Assembly (NCBI GenBank): GCA_046569885.1
Contig: JBKHVV010000001.1
Span: 1-56,847 of the forward strand
DNA: 56,847 nucleotides
From: Bacteroidia bacterium
GTDB taxonomy: Bacteria; Bacteroidota; Bacteroidia; Flavobacteriales_D; Parvicellaceae
Direction of reading: 5' to 3'
Part shown: in pieces, positions 9,474-17,322 of the stretch
Layout of the letters: every line of letters begins with the position of its first letter
Numbering within the stretch: the first letter of the stretch is position 1
The notes under the pieces: model-generated
Told to the model about the DNA's origin: nothing
What the model saw: only the letters and a program-made list of their open reading frames with translations
Databases searched by the model: none
Made by a program: the position numbers and the translations under genes

Positions 9474-11750
9474 ATGAAACGGATAATATTGTTAATGGTG
9501 GTTGGGCTGTTTAGCTCAACCACATTTTCGCAGAATATACTTACAGGACGTGTGTTTGAGCAACTACCAAAAACAGATACACTAACGCCACTTCAGGGTG
9601 TTTCTGTGTACTGGTTAAACACACAAGTTGGAACTACTACCGATATTTCGGGAACGTTCAATATTAAACGTTTAACCTTCAATGGCATAGACACAGCACA
9701 CATGTTAGTAGTGCGTTTTATAAGCTACGAGCAAGACACCATTCACGTGAATGATTTTTCCAAACCACTAAATATAGTATTAAAACAAGGTGAATTTTTA
9801 TCAGAAGTTGTGATAGAATATCGAGAAGGTTCTACCGCTTTTTTAACACTTGAACCACGCAACACACAAGTGCTTACTCAAAAAGAATTGCGCAAAGCGG
9901 CATGTTGCAACTTGGCAGAAAGTTTTGAGACCAATCCTTCGGTAGATGCTTCGTTTACTGATGCGGTTACAGGCACTAAGCAAATTCAAATGCTAGGTTT
10001 GAGCGGTAAGTACACGCAAATTATGCAAGAGAACATTCCGAGCATTCGTGGGTTGAGCACCATTTATGGTTTGGAATTTGTTCCTGGTCCTTGGATAAAT
10101 TCTATATACCTTTCAAAAGGTGCTGGCTCTGTAGTGAATGGCTTTGAAAGCATCACAGGACAAATAAATATTGATATGAAAAAACCAGGCAATGCCGAAA
10201 AATTTCATTTCAATGTGTATGGCAATCAATCGTCACGAATAGAAATGAACATGGTATTTGATAAAGCCGTTAGCAAATATTGGGAAACTACTTTGCTACT
10301 TCACGGCAAAAATCAACGTGTAATTTTTGACCATAATCATGACCATTTTTTAGACAATCCACTGCAAACGGTTTTAGCCGCGAGCAATCAATGGCACTAT
10401 AATAATTTTGATAAAGGTATTCAATCAGAAATGGGTATTGATGCTGTGTATTACGATTCCAAATCAGGGCAAATAGATTATTTTTCTGAAGGACCACAGT
10501 TGCCGCCAGATTTGTATTATGGTGTAGAAAACATCATTCAACGTGTAAATGGTTTTGTAAAATTAGGTTATTTGTTTCCTGATGAAGACTACAAAAGCAT
10601 CGGTTCGCAATGGTCGGCTTCGTGGCACAAACAAGAGGCGTTATTTGGTTTAACAAATTATCAAGGCGAACATATTAATGCGCAAGCCAACATTATTTTT
10701 CAAGATGAATTAGACGAACATCATACGCACACTTACAAAACAGGCGTTAGCTTTTTGTACGATGACTACACCGAATATTTTTCGCAGTTAGATTTAAGCC
10801 GACAAGAAATTGTGCCCGGTGCATTTTTAGAATACAACTTCAGCCACCAAGAAGTATTTAATTTAATTGCAGGAATTCGCAGTGATTACAACTCCTTGTA
10901 CGAAGATGTGTTTGTAACACCACGTTTGCATGCGCGGTACAGTTTTACAGAAAAAACATCTGTAAAATTTGGCGCAGGAAGAGGGCGTAGAACACCCAAC
11001 GTAATTGCCGAAAACATTGGCTTGTTAGCGTCATCGCGCAGATGGAATTTTGTTACGCAACCTGTTTACAACATGCAAGGCATTCTTCCGGAAGTAGCGT
11101 GGAATGTGGGCTTGAACCTTACTAAAAATTTTCGTTTAGATTATCGCGATGGTATAATTACTATTGACCTTTATCGTACCGATTTTGAAAATCAATTGGT
11201 GATGGATGTAGATGCTAATCCTCAGCAAGTAAATGTGTATAATTTATTTGGAAAATCCTACTCGAACAGCGCGCAAGCAGAAATCAATTACGAACTGATA
11301 AAACGCTTGGATGTGCGTTTGGCATACCGTTGGCTGGATGTAAAAACCGACCAGCTTTTAGGTGAAATGATTCGACCGTTAGTGCCAACCCATCGTGCAT
11401 TTGCCAATGTAGCTTATGCTACCAAAAAGAAAGATGAAAAGTTGTGGGAGTTTGATATCACCGCTTTGTGGACAGGAAAACAGCGCATACCAATGACCAA
11501 TCAAAATCCAGAAAGTTTGCAACTGCCCGAATATGCTGATGCATTTTGGTTATTTAACGCACAAATTACGCGCATTTTTTCTGAGAAATTTAATGTTTAC
11601 CTTGGTGTAGAAAATGCGTTAAATTACACTCAAAGTAATCCTATTTTGGATGCACAAAACCCATTCGGAACTTATTTTGACAGTTCAATGATTTGGGCGC
11701 CTATTTTTGGACGAATGGCTTACTTTGGTTTGCGTTATACCGTTAAATAA
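9474..11750 (+). CDS. TonB-dependent receptor with N-terminal carboxypeptidase-regulatory-like domain
   Basis: 758 aa with a signal peptide and a CarbopepD_reg-like N-terminus. The plug carries AACCNLAESFETNPSVD...QIQMLGLSGKY. The C-terminal barrel ends in an aromatic-rich strand, YFGLRYTVK. Confidence 0.85.
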   Translation: MKRIILLMVVGLFSSTTFSQNILTGRVFEQLPKTDTLTPLQGVSVYWLNTQVGTTTDISGTFNIKRLTFNGIDTAHMLVVRFISYEQDTIHVNDFSKPLNIVLKQGEFLSEVVIEYREGSTAFLTLEPRNTQVLTQKELRKAACCNLAESFETNPSVDASFTDAVTGTKQIQMLGLSGKYTQIMQENIPSIRGLSTIYGLEFVPGPWINSIYLSKGAGSVVNGFESITGQINIDMKKPGNAEKFHFNVYGNQSSRIEMNMVFDKAVSKYWETTLLLHGKNQRVIFDHNHDHFLDNPLQTVLAASNQWHYNNFDKGIQSEMGIDAVYYDSKSGQIDYFSEGPQLPPDLYYGVENIIQRVNGFVKLGYLFPDEDYKSIGSQWSASWHKQEALFGLTNYQGEHINAQANIIFQDELDEHHTHTYKTGVSFLYDDYTEYFSQLDLSRQEIVPGAFLEYNFSHQEVFNLIAGIRSDYNSLYEDVFVTPRLHARYSFTEKTSVKFGAGRGRRTPNVIAENIGLLASSRRWNFVTQPVYNMQGILPEVAWNVGLNLTKNFRLDYRDGIITIDLYRTDFENQLVMDVDANPQQVNVYNLFGKSYSNSAQAEINYELIKRLDVRLAYRWLDVKTDQLLGEMIRPLVPTHRAFANVAYATKKKDEKLWEFDITALWTGKQRIPMTNQNPESLQLPEYADAFWLFNAQITRIFSEKFNVYLGVENALNYTQSNPILDAQNPFGTYFDSSMIWAPIFGRMAYFGLRYTVK

Positions 11751-11831
11751 AATGGTCAATATAAGGTAATAAGATTTATTTTTGTTAATAATTTTCACAT
11801 AAAAAACTTGTAAAAAAGTTTGCTTATGTCA

Positions 11832-11851
11832 TTAGCTTAGCTTAGCTTAGC
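11832..11851. repeat. pentanucleotide microsatellite (TTAGC)x4
   Basis: Four perfect tandem TTAGC units, ending 25 nt upstream of ATG 11877. Confidence 0.9.
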
Positions 11852-11876
11852 AAAAATTATTAAACAACTTATCACT

Positions 11877-14390
11877 ATGAAAGTATTATTACTTTATGAG
11901 CAAAGAACAATTAGATTTTTCTTGCCAATTCCGCTAAAACGTTTTTTCATCGTTTTTTCTCTTTTAGTTTCTTTCGGTTCTAAAGCTCAAGTAAGACCTG
12001 ATATCAACAGTTTTAGTTCTACTGATAGGGCTACATTAGCAAATTTAATGTTAGAGTACATTACGCTCGATGTAGTACAAAAACATTGTGATTTTACGGC
12101 ACAAACGGGTATTTCTGGAATATGGATACACTCTGACTTTGACCTTCTTCCCTTTCATAGAATGTACCTTGAAGGGATGGAGGATTTTTTACTTCAACAA
12201 GGCTATCCAGAATTTGTGCCACTACCAAAATGGGATCAATCAACGTGTTTGCCTGTGGAATTGCAATTTATTGATGCCTTATGCTTCGATATAGGAAACA
12301 ATGATTGTGGAGATTCTTATGTAAATTGTGATATCCCATGGTGGTGTCCCGACAATCCTTTGCCAAATTATTTGAGTTTACCTATTCAATCTGGCACAAA
12401 CAACGATATTTGCGATTGGAATTTTTCTCCTACTACACCAACAACTGATTTTGGAAGTTGTTCAACCTGTCATAATTGTTGCCCCGATGGACTAAGCGCA
12501 AAAATTGAAATACCTTATCATGATAATGGGCATGCCGAAATGGGAGGAGCTATGTTTGAGTTTACCTCTCCTTTGGTTTTGGCTTTTTGGTTATGGCACG
12601 CTCATCTTGATGATTTATGGAAGTCATGGGAGCAAAATTGCCCTCAATCAACTACCCTACCTGTTGACCTTTACATGAAGGACAACCACAAAGTGATGGA
12701 GAATTGGAGAGATAGAGGCGAAGAACCAAGTTTTGACCCTAACAACCTTATTTATTTAAGTCAGGACATTTGGCTGAGAAAAACTAATGATGGTTTTACC
12801 AACCATGAAAGTGAAACGCCCGAATGGGTTAGTGGGCAACCATTTTATGTTTACGTTAGGGTACGAAATAGAGGTTATCAAACTTCTCTTGGCACAGAGC
12901 AAGTTCATTTGTACTGGGCAAAAGCAAATACAGGGTTGAATTGGCCAAGCGCTTGGAATGGAACTACCTTCGTTAGCGGTGTACTTATGGGAGACGAGAT
13001 TGGGCAGCAAACGCTGACCAATGTAATTGATGCAGGAGATCAACAAATTTTAGAGTTTCTTTGGAATAATCCCCCAGATCCACTAGACTATGAGGATATT
13101 AACGAAGATCCATTTCACTTTTGTTTATTAGCAAGAGTAGTTGCGTCTAATGACCCTATGACTTTTGCGGAAACCAATGACTTGGCTGCCAATGTGAGAA
13201 ATAATAACAACATTGCTTGGAAAAATACACGAATACTTAACTATACGCCAGGTATTGTACAAGGCGGAGGCGACTGTCATGAGGATATTATGCAAGGAAT
13301 GGGCACTGCCGTAGCAGTAACTAATCCACATGATTATGTGGAGACGTTTGATGTTGTATTTCAAACTATTCATGAGGTTGGACATTGTGACCATGAAGGA
13401 TGTACCCATGAGGATTGTACCATTGAAGTAATGGTTCATGATTTTTCGGGCGAAACCCATGAACATAGAATGGTTACGGTAAAAGATGAAGGGTTACCTA
13501 TTACCGAAGAAGGAACGGTTATGATTGCTCTAAGTGATGGACTTTATGAAAAGTGGGTGCGTGGTGGTAAAAAAGGAAGTGGGTTTAAAGAGGTTTTATC
13601 TCCACCAATGTCAACACAGGGTACAAATAATAACCAAATTAATGCCAATTCACCACTTATACTTTCTGACAGAAAACTATTTGAAATTACGGCTGACCCG
13701 GCAACATTCGAAAATATTACACTTCAAGGAGGAGAGCTACACACTACTACCATGGTGGTTTTATATCCTAGCGACCCAATTTCAAACAAACAAGAATTCA
13801 ACTATGACATAATTCAGAGAGAAAGTGCTACTGGAAAATTCATAGGTGCTGTAAGATATGAAATTGATAAACCAGATTGTTCTGATAAAAAAGCTTATGC
13901 GGGAAGTGATAAAGCCATAGATATAGGGTGTTCTACTACATTAAATGCAGATCCCGAATTAACTTGTGCTAATTATTATTGGCTAGACCAAAACGGTGAT
14001 CTGATCTCCAGAAATTCGAACATAACGGTTTCTCCAAGTAAAACGACTACTTATACGCTTAAAGTTGTTTCTGAAGAAGGGTGTCTAACCGAAGATAAAG
14101 TAACGGTTAATGTTAGTAACCAATTCTGTTTAAAAGAAAGAGAGATTGTTAAAATAACGCCTAACCCTGCAAAGGATAGAGTAGTGGTAGAATACAAGGT
14201 GCCAAACACCAACACAGCGCAACTTAGATTAGTGAAGATGGATAATTCTTTTGAGAGAACACATAGTTTAGATTTAAGCACAAACCAAACCACCATAGAT
14301 ATTTCTCAATTTCCAATGGGAGCTTATATCGTTACTTTAGTAGTGGATGGTGTAAATGAAGACAGTAAAAATTTGATGATTCTCAAATAA
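11877..14390 (+). CDS. tyrosinase-like type-3 copper protein with T9SS C-terminal sorting domain
   Basis: 837 aa. CuA-like IHSDFDLLPFHRMYL. CuB-like YHDNGH...FWLWHAHLDDLW. His/Cys-rich patch HEVGHCDHEGCTHEDC...HEH. C-terminal ITPNPAKDRVVVEY...GAYIVTLVVDG matches a T9SS CTD. Confidence 0.75.
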   Translation: MKVLLLYEQRTIRFFLPIPLKRFFIVFSLLVSFGSKAQVRPDINSFSSTDRATLANLMLEYITLDVVQKHCDFTAQTGISGIWIHSDFDLLPFHRMYLEGMEDFLLQQGYPEFVPLPKWDQSTCLPVELQFIDALCFDIGNNDCGDSYVNCDIPWWCPDNPLPNYLSLPIQSGTNNDICDWNFSPTTPTTDFGSCSTCHNCCPDGLSAKIEIPYHDNGHAEMGGAMFEFTSPLVLAFWLWHAHLDDLWKSWEQNCPQSTTLPVDLYMKDNHKVMENWRDRGEEPSFDPNNLIYLSQDIWLRKTNDGFTNHESETPEWVSGQPFYVYVRVRNRGYQTSLGTEQVHLYWAKANTGLNWPSAWNGTTFVSGVLMGDEIGQQTLTNVIDAGDQQILEFLWNNPPDPLDYEDINEDPFHFCLLARVVASNDPMTFAETNDLAANVRNNNNIAWKNTRILNYTPGIVQGGGDCHEDIMQGMGTAVAVTNPHDYVETFDVVFQTIHEVGHCDHEGCTHEDCTIEVMVHDFSGETHEHRMVTVKDEGLPITEEGTVMIALSDGLYEKWVRGGKKGSGFKEVLSPPMSTQGTNNNQINANSPLILSDRKLFEITADPATFENITLQGGELHTTTMVVLYPSDPISNKQEFNYDIIQRESATGKFIGAVRYEIDKPDCSDKKAYAGSDKAIDIGCSTTLNADPELTCANYYWLDQNGDLISRNSNITVSPSKTTTYTLKVVSEEGCLTEDKVTVNVSNQFCLKEREIVKITPNPAKDRVVVEYKVPNTNTAQLRLVKMDNSFERTHSLDLSTNQTTIDISQFPMGAYIVTLVVDGVNEDSKNLMILK

Positions 14391-14401
14391 TTTTATTCAC
14401 T

Positions 14402-15580
14402 ATGAAAGGCGTTCTTATATCTCTTGTTATGTTTGTTTCTGTGAGTATTGGCAGTGCCCAATGGACACAAATAAATACGAGTAGTGCGGATGATTATATC
14501 CATGTTTCTTTTGTAAACGATTCGACAGGTGTACTTGCTTCGGGGCGGGTTTTAATGCTCTCAGAAAATTATGGAGATACATGGGACACCATCTACTACA
14601 ATTCTGATGATGTTATTTCTGATGTTCAATTTTTGAATGATAATACCATTTATTTTATTGGATATTCAACATCAAACGCTCTGTTTTTAAAGAAATCGTT
14701 TGATTTAGGAAATAATTGGTCAACCATAGATTTACCTGAAGGAGGGTATGAAAAAATGTTTTTTACCAGCCCAGATGCAGGTCATCTGCTTGCTCAAAAT
14801 ATCATGTCAAATACTTTTGATGGCGGTGATACTTGGACTAACGGCACATTTAGCCATACATTGGGTTTTCTTGTCGGAGATTTGTTTTTTACATCGTCAA
14901 GTACAGGATACTTTGTTGGTTATTATAATAGTGTTAATTATAAAACGATTGATAGTGGAGCATCTTGGAACTTAACACCAAATACTGGTGGCGGGCTTGA
15001 TATTTATTTTCCTTCGTTAGAAGTAGGATACACTTGTGGTCATGATGGAGGAGCATTGAAAACAATCGATGCGGGTGCTAATTGGACATCATTAAATACG
15101 GGTATTACTGATTTTAGAGATTTACACTCTATATTTTGTCTTTCCAATAATAATTGCTACACAGTAGGAGATGATGGCACCATACTAAAAACCACCGATG
15201 GCGGAGAAAATTGGCTGCCGGAAACATCAGGCACAACGGAAAATTTACGTTCTGTGTATTGTACCTCAAAATACTGCTATGCTGTTGGTGATAATGGTGT
15301 GGTTTTAAGAACTGCAAATACACTCAACTCAACAAACGAAAACAACAAAAAAGAAAACGTAAAAACTTATCCAAACCCCGTAAACGAAGAAATAATAATT
15401 GAAATAGAAACAGGCACTAACATTCAAAGCATTCAACTTTTAGATATTAATGGCAAGACAGTAAAAAACTATTCATCAAAAATGCCTATTATTAATATTT
15501 CGGAACTTCCAAATGGACACTATGTGGTGAAAATCACAACGGATAAAGGTACATTTACAGAAAAAATAATCAAGCAATAA
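14402..15580 (+). CDS. BNR/Asp-box beta-propeller (Ycf48-like) protein with T9SS C-terminal sorting domain
   Basis: 392 aa with six SxDxGxTW-like boxes (SENYGDTW, SFDLGNNW, TFDGGDTW, TIDSGASW, TIDAGANW, TTDGGENW). C-terminal TYPNPVNEEIIIE...GHYVVKITTDKG. Confidence 0.75.
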   Translation: MKGVLISLVMFVSVSIGSAQWTQINTSSADDYIHVSFVNDSTGVLASGRVLMLSENYGDTWDTIYYNSDDVISDVQFLNDNTIYFIGYSTSNALFLKKSFDLGNNWSTIDLPEGGYEKMFFTSPDAGHLLAQNIMSNTFDGGDTWTNGTFSHTLGFLVGDLFFTSSSTGYFVGYYNSVNYKTIDSGASWNLTPNTGGGLDIYFPSLEVGYTCGHDGGALKTIDAGANWTSLNTGITDFRDLHSIFCLSNNNCYTVGDDGTILKTTDGGENWLPETSGTTENLRSVYCTSKYCYAVGDNGVVLRTANTLNSTNENNKKENVKTYPNPVNEEIIIEIETGTNIQSIQLLDINGKTVKNYSSKMPIINISELPNGHYVVKITTDKGTFTEKIIKQ

Positions 15581-15660
15581 ACCTTATTCTTTCCGTTCAT
15601 CAACTTTAAGTCTAAATTGAATTCTATGGCAACACAACCATACGGCAAAGACATTGAAAG

Positions 15661-15759
15661 GCACAAAATCCATTTGGGACATATTTTGACAGTTCGATGA
15701 TTTGGGCGCCTATTTTTGGACGCATGGTGTACTTTGGTTTGCGCTATACCATCAAGTAA
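15661..15759 (+). pseudogene. orphan 3'-end remnant of a TonB-dependent receptor gene
   Basis: 99 nt match 11652-11750 (the end of the intact TBDR) at 87/99 positions. It translates to AQNPFGTYFDSSMIWAPIFGRMVYFGLRYTIK* and has an in-frame TGA two codons upstream. Confidence 0.85.
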
Positions 15760-15893
15760 AAAATCGTGTAACTTATTGTGGCGCAAACATTTGTTAACAG
15801 ATGTTAAAATAACGCTTATTTAGACTATTTCTAAATTAATGGTTTGCATGACATTTTTATGACACAAACGTATTTCCAATTCAATTACCCTAC

Positions 15894-15901
15894 TATTTTT
15901 G
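15894..15901 (+). promoter_or_regulatory. candidate -7 box (TATTTTTG) for the ACIII operon
   Basis: Exact TAnnTTTG match about 50-75 nt upstream of the actA start candidates. Confidence 0.35.
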
Positions 15902-15946
15902 TGCCGAGTAAATGAATTTTACTCAAGTAAAACCGAGTAGAAAAGC

Positions 15947-17293
15947 GTGATTTTAAAAGACAATATTCTTAATATGAACATTGATTTTCTTAGTCCCCGC
16001 AAGGGAATTTTAAAGGCATTTGCATTCGCATTTGCCTTTATTTTTATATCCAATTTCGTGATGGCGCAGCCAAACGGAGAAGAGATATTTAATAACTACT
16101 GTTCTTCATGTCATAAGGTAGATGGTAAATCTACTGGACCTTGGATGAAGGGAGCCAAAGAAAGATGGGAGCAAAATTCATCCATGGAAAATCTTTACAA
16201 ATGGGTAAAGAATTCTTCAGATGTAATAAAAGCTGGAGATCCTTATGCTGTAAAACTCTTCAACGAATACAACCAAAGCCCAATGACTGCTCAGCCCTTA
16301 AGCAATGAGCAAATTGATGCGGTATTGGCTTATGTAGATAATTATGTTGCTCCGGTTGCTGATGTTTCTGCCGAAGGCGATAACACTGTAGCAGTTAAAG
16401 ACAATTCAGACAGTATGGTATGGATTATTGTACTGCTATTAGTACTTGCCGTTATTGTTTATGCCCTTAGCTCTTCTAAACGACAATTGCAAAATGCCAT
16501 TAAAGAAGCTAATGGTGAACAAACAGACGAGGACTTATCCTACTATCAGCTGTTTTGTAAATGGGCAGGTAGACATAAGGTGTTGGTAGGTTTAGGCTCA
16601 TTAGTAATCACTTGTTCTATTTTGGTTGCGTTAGGAAACGAAGCTATGCAAATAGGCGTGTTTGAAGGCTACAACCCAAGTCAGCCTGTCGCATTTGACC
16701 ATTCCGTTCATGCAGGAAAAGCAGAAGTAAACTGTGTTTATTGTCATAGTTCGGCAGAAAAAGGACGCCATGCTGGCATACCCTCTGTTAATGTATGTAT
16801 GAATTGCCATAGAGATATTCATGAAGGAAGAAATACTGGAACCGAAGAAATTGCAAAAATTCATGCTGCCGCAGGTTTTGACCCAGATAAAAATGCCTAC
16901 ACAAAAGATGCTTCTCCAATTGTATGGAATAGAGTGCATAATCTACCTGATCACGTTTATTTCAATCACTCACAACACGTGGTGGTTGGGAAAATTGATT
17001 GCGCACAATGTCACGGAGATGTAAAAAATATCAAGACAGGAAAAATCGCTACCACTGCTGATTTGAATGCTGTAGAAGAGAATTCTATTAAATTCACCAA
17101 GCAAGTACTTACTATGGGTTGGTGTTTAGAATGCCACGAGCAGTCTGGTGTGCAAGATAAAGGAAATGCCTACTACGATGAAATTCACAAACGTTTAAAA
17201 GACAACCCAGAATTGCTGAAGAAATATAAGCAAGACGATAAAATCACAGTAAGAGAATTAGGTGGATGGGAGTGTGCTAAGTGTCACTATTAA
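15947..17293 (+). CDS. actA: Alternative Complex III subunit ActA (multihaem cytochrome c with N-terminal monohaem domain)
   Basis: Six CxxCH motifs: CSSCH, CVYCH, CMNCH, CAQCH, CLECH, CAKCH. One TM lies between the first domain and the pentahaem part. The track start is GTG 15947, but ATG 15974 (MNIDFL...) is the more likely start. Confidence 0.85.
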   Translation: MILKDNILNMNIDFLSPRKGILKAFAFAFAFIFISNFVMAQPNGEEIFNNYCSSCHKVDGKSTGPWMKGAKERWEQNSSMENLYKWVKNSSDVIKAGDPYAVKLFNEYNQSPMTAQPLSNEQIDAVLAYVDNYVAPVADVSAEGDNTVAVKDNSDSMVWIIVLLLVLAVIVYALSSSKRQLQNAIKEANGEQTDEDLSYYQLFCKWAGRHKVLVGLGSLVITCSILVALGNEAMQIGVFEGYNPSQPVAFDHSVHAGKAEVNCVYCHSSAEKGRHAGIPSVNVCMNCHRDIHEGRNTGTEEIAKIHAAAGFDPDKNAYTKDASPIVWNRVHNLPDHVYFNHSQHVVVGKIDCAQCHGDVKNIKTGKIATTADLNAVEENSIKFTKQVLTMGWCLECHEQSGVQDKGNAYYDEIHKRLKDNPELLKKYKQDDKITVRELGGWECAKCHY

Positions 17294-17322
17294 AATTTAA
17301 CGCATTACGCATTAAGTAAAAC

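Noticed and set aside
12459-12473. A CSTCH (CxxCH haem-c attachment motif) in the tyrosinase-like protein
   Set aside because: It is a single occurrence inside a generally Cys-rich insert (11 Cys in ~80 residues), with no cytochrome-like context or distal ligand pattern. It is most likely disulfide or metal cysteines.
15520-15786. An 88-aa minus-strand ORF covering the BNR gene end and the TBDR remnant
   Set aside because: It runs antisense across a recognisable pseudogene fragment and a CDS end. It has no start context or similarity to anything I recognise.
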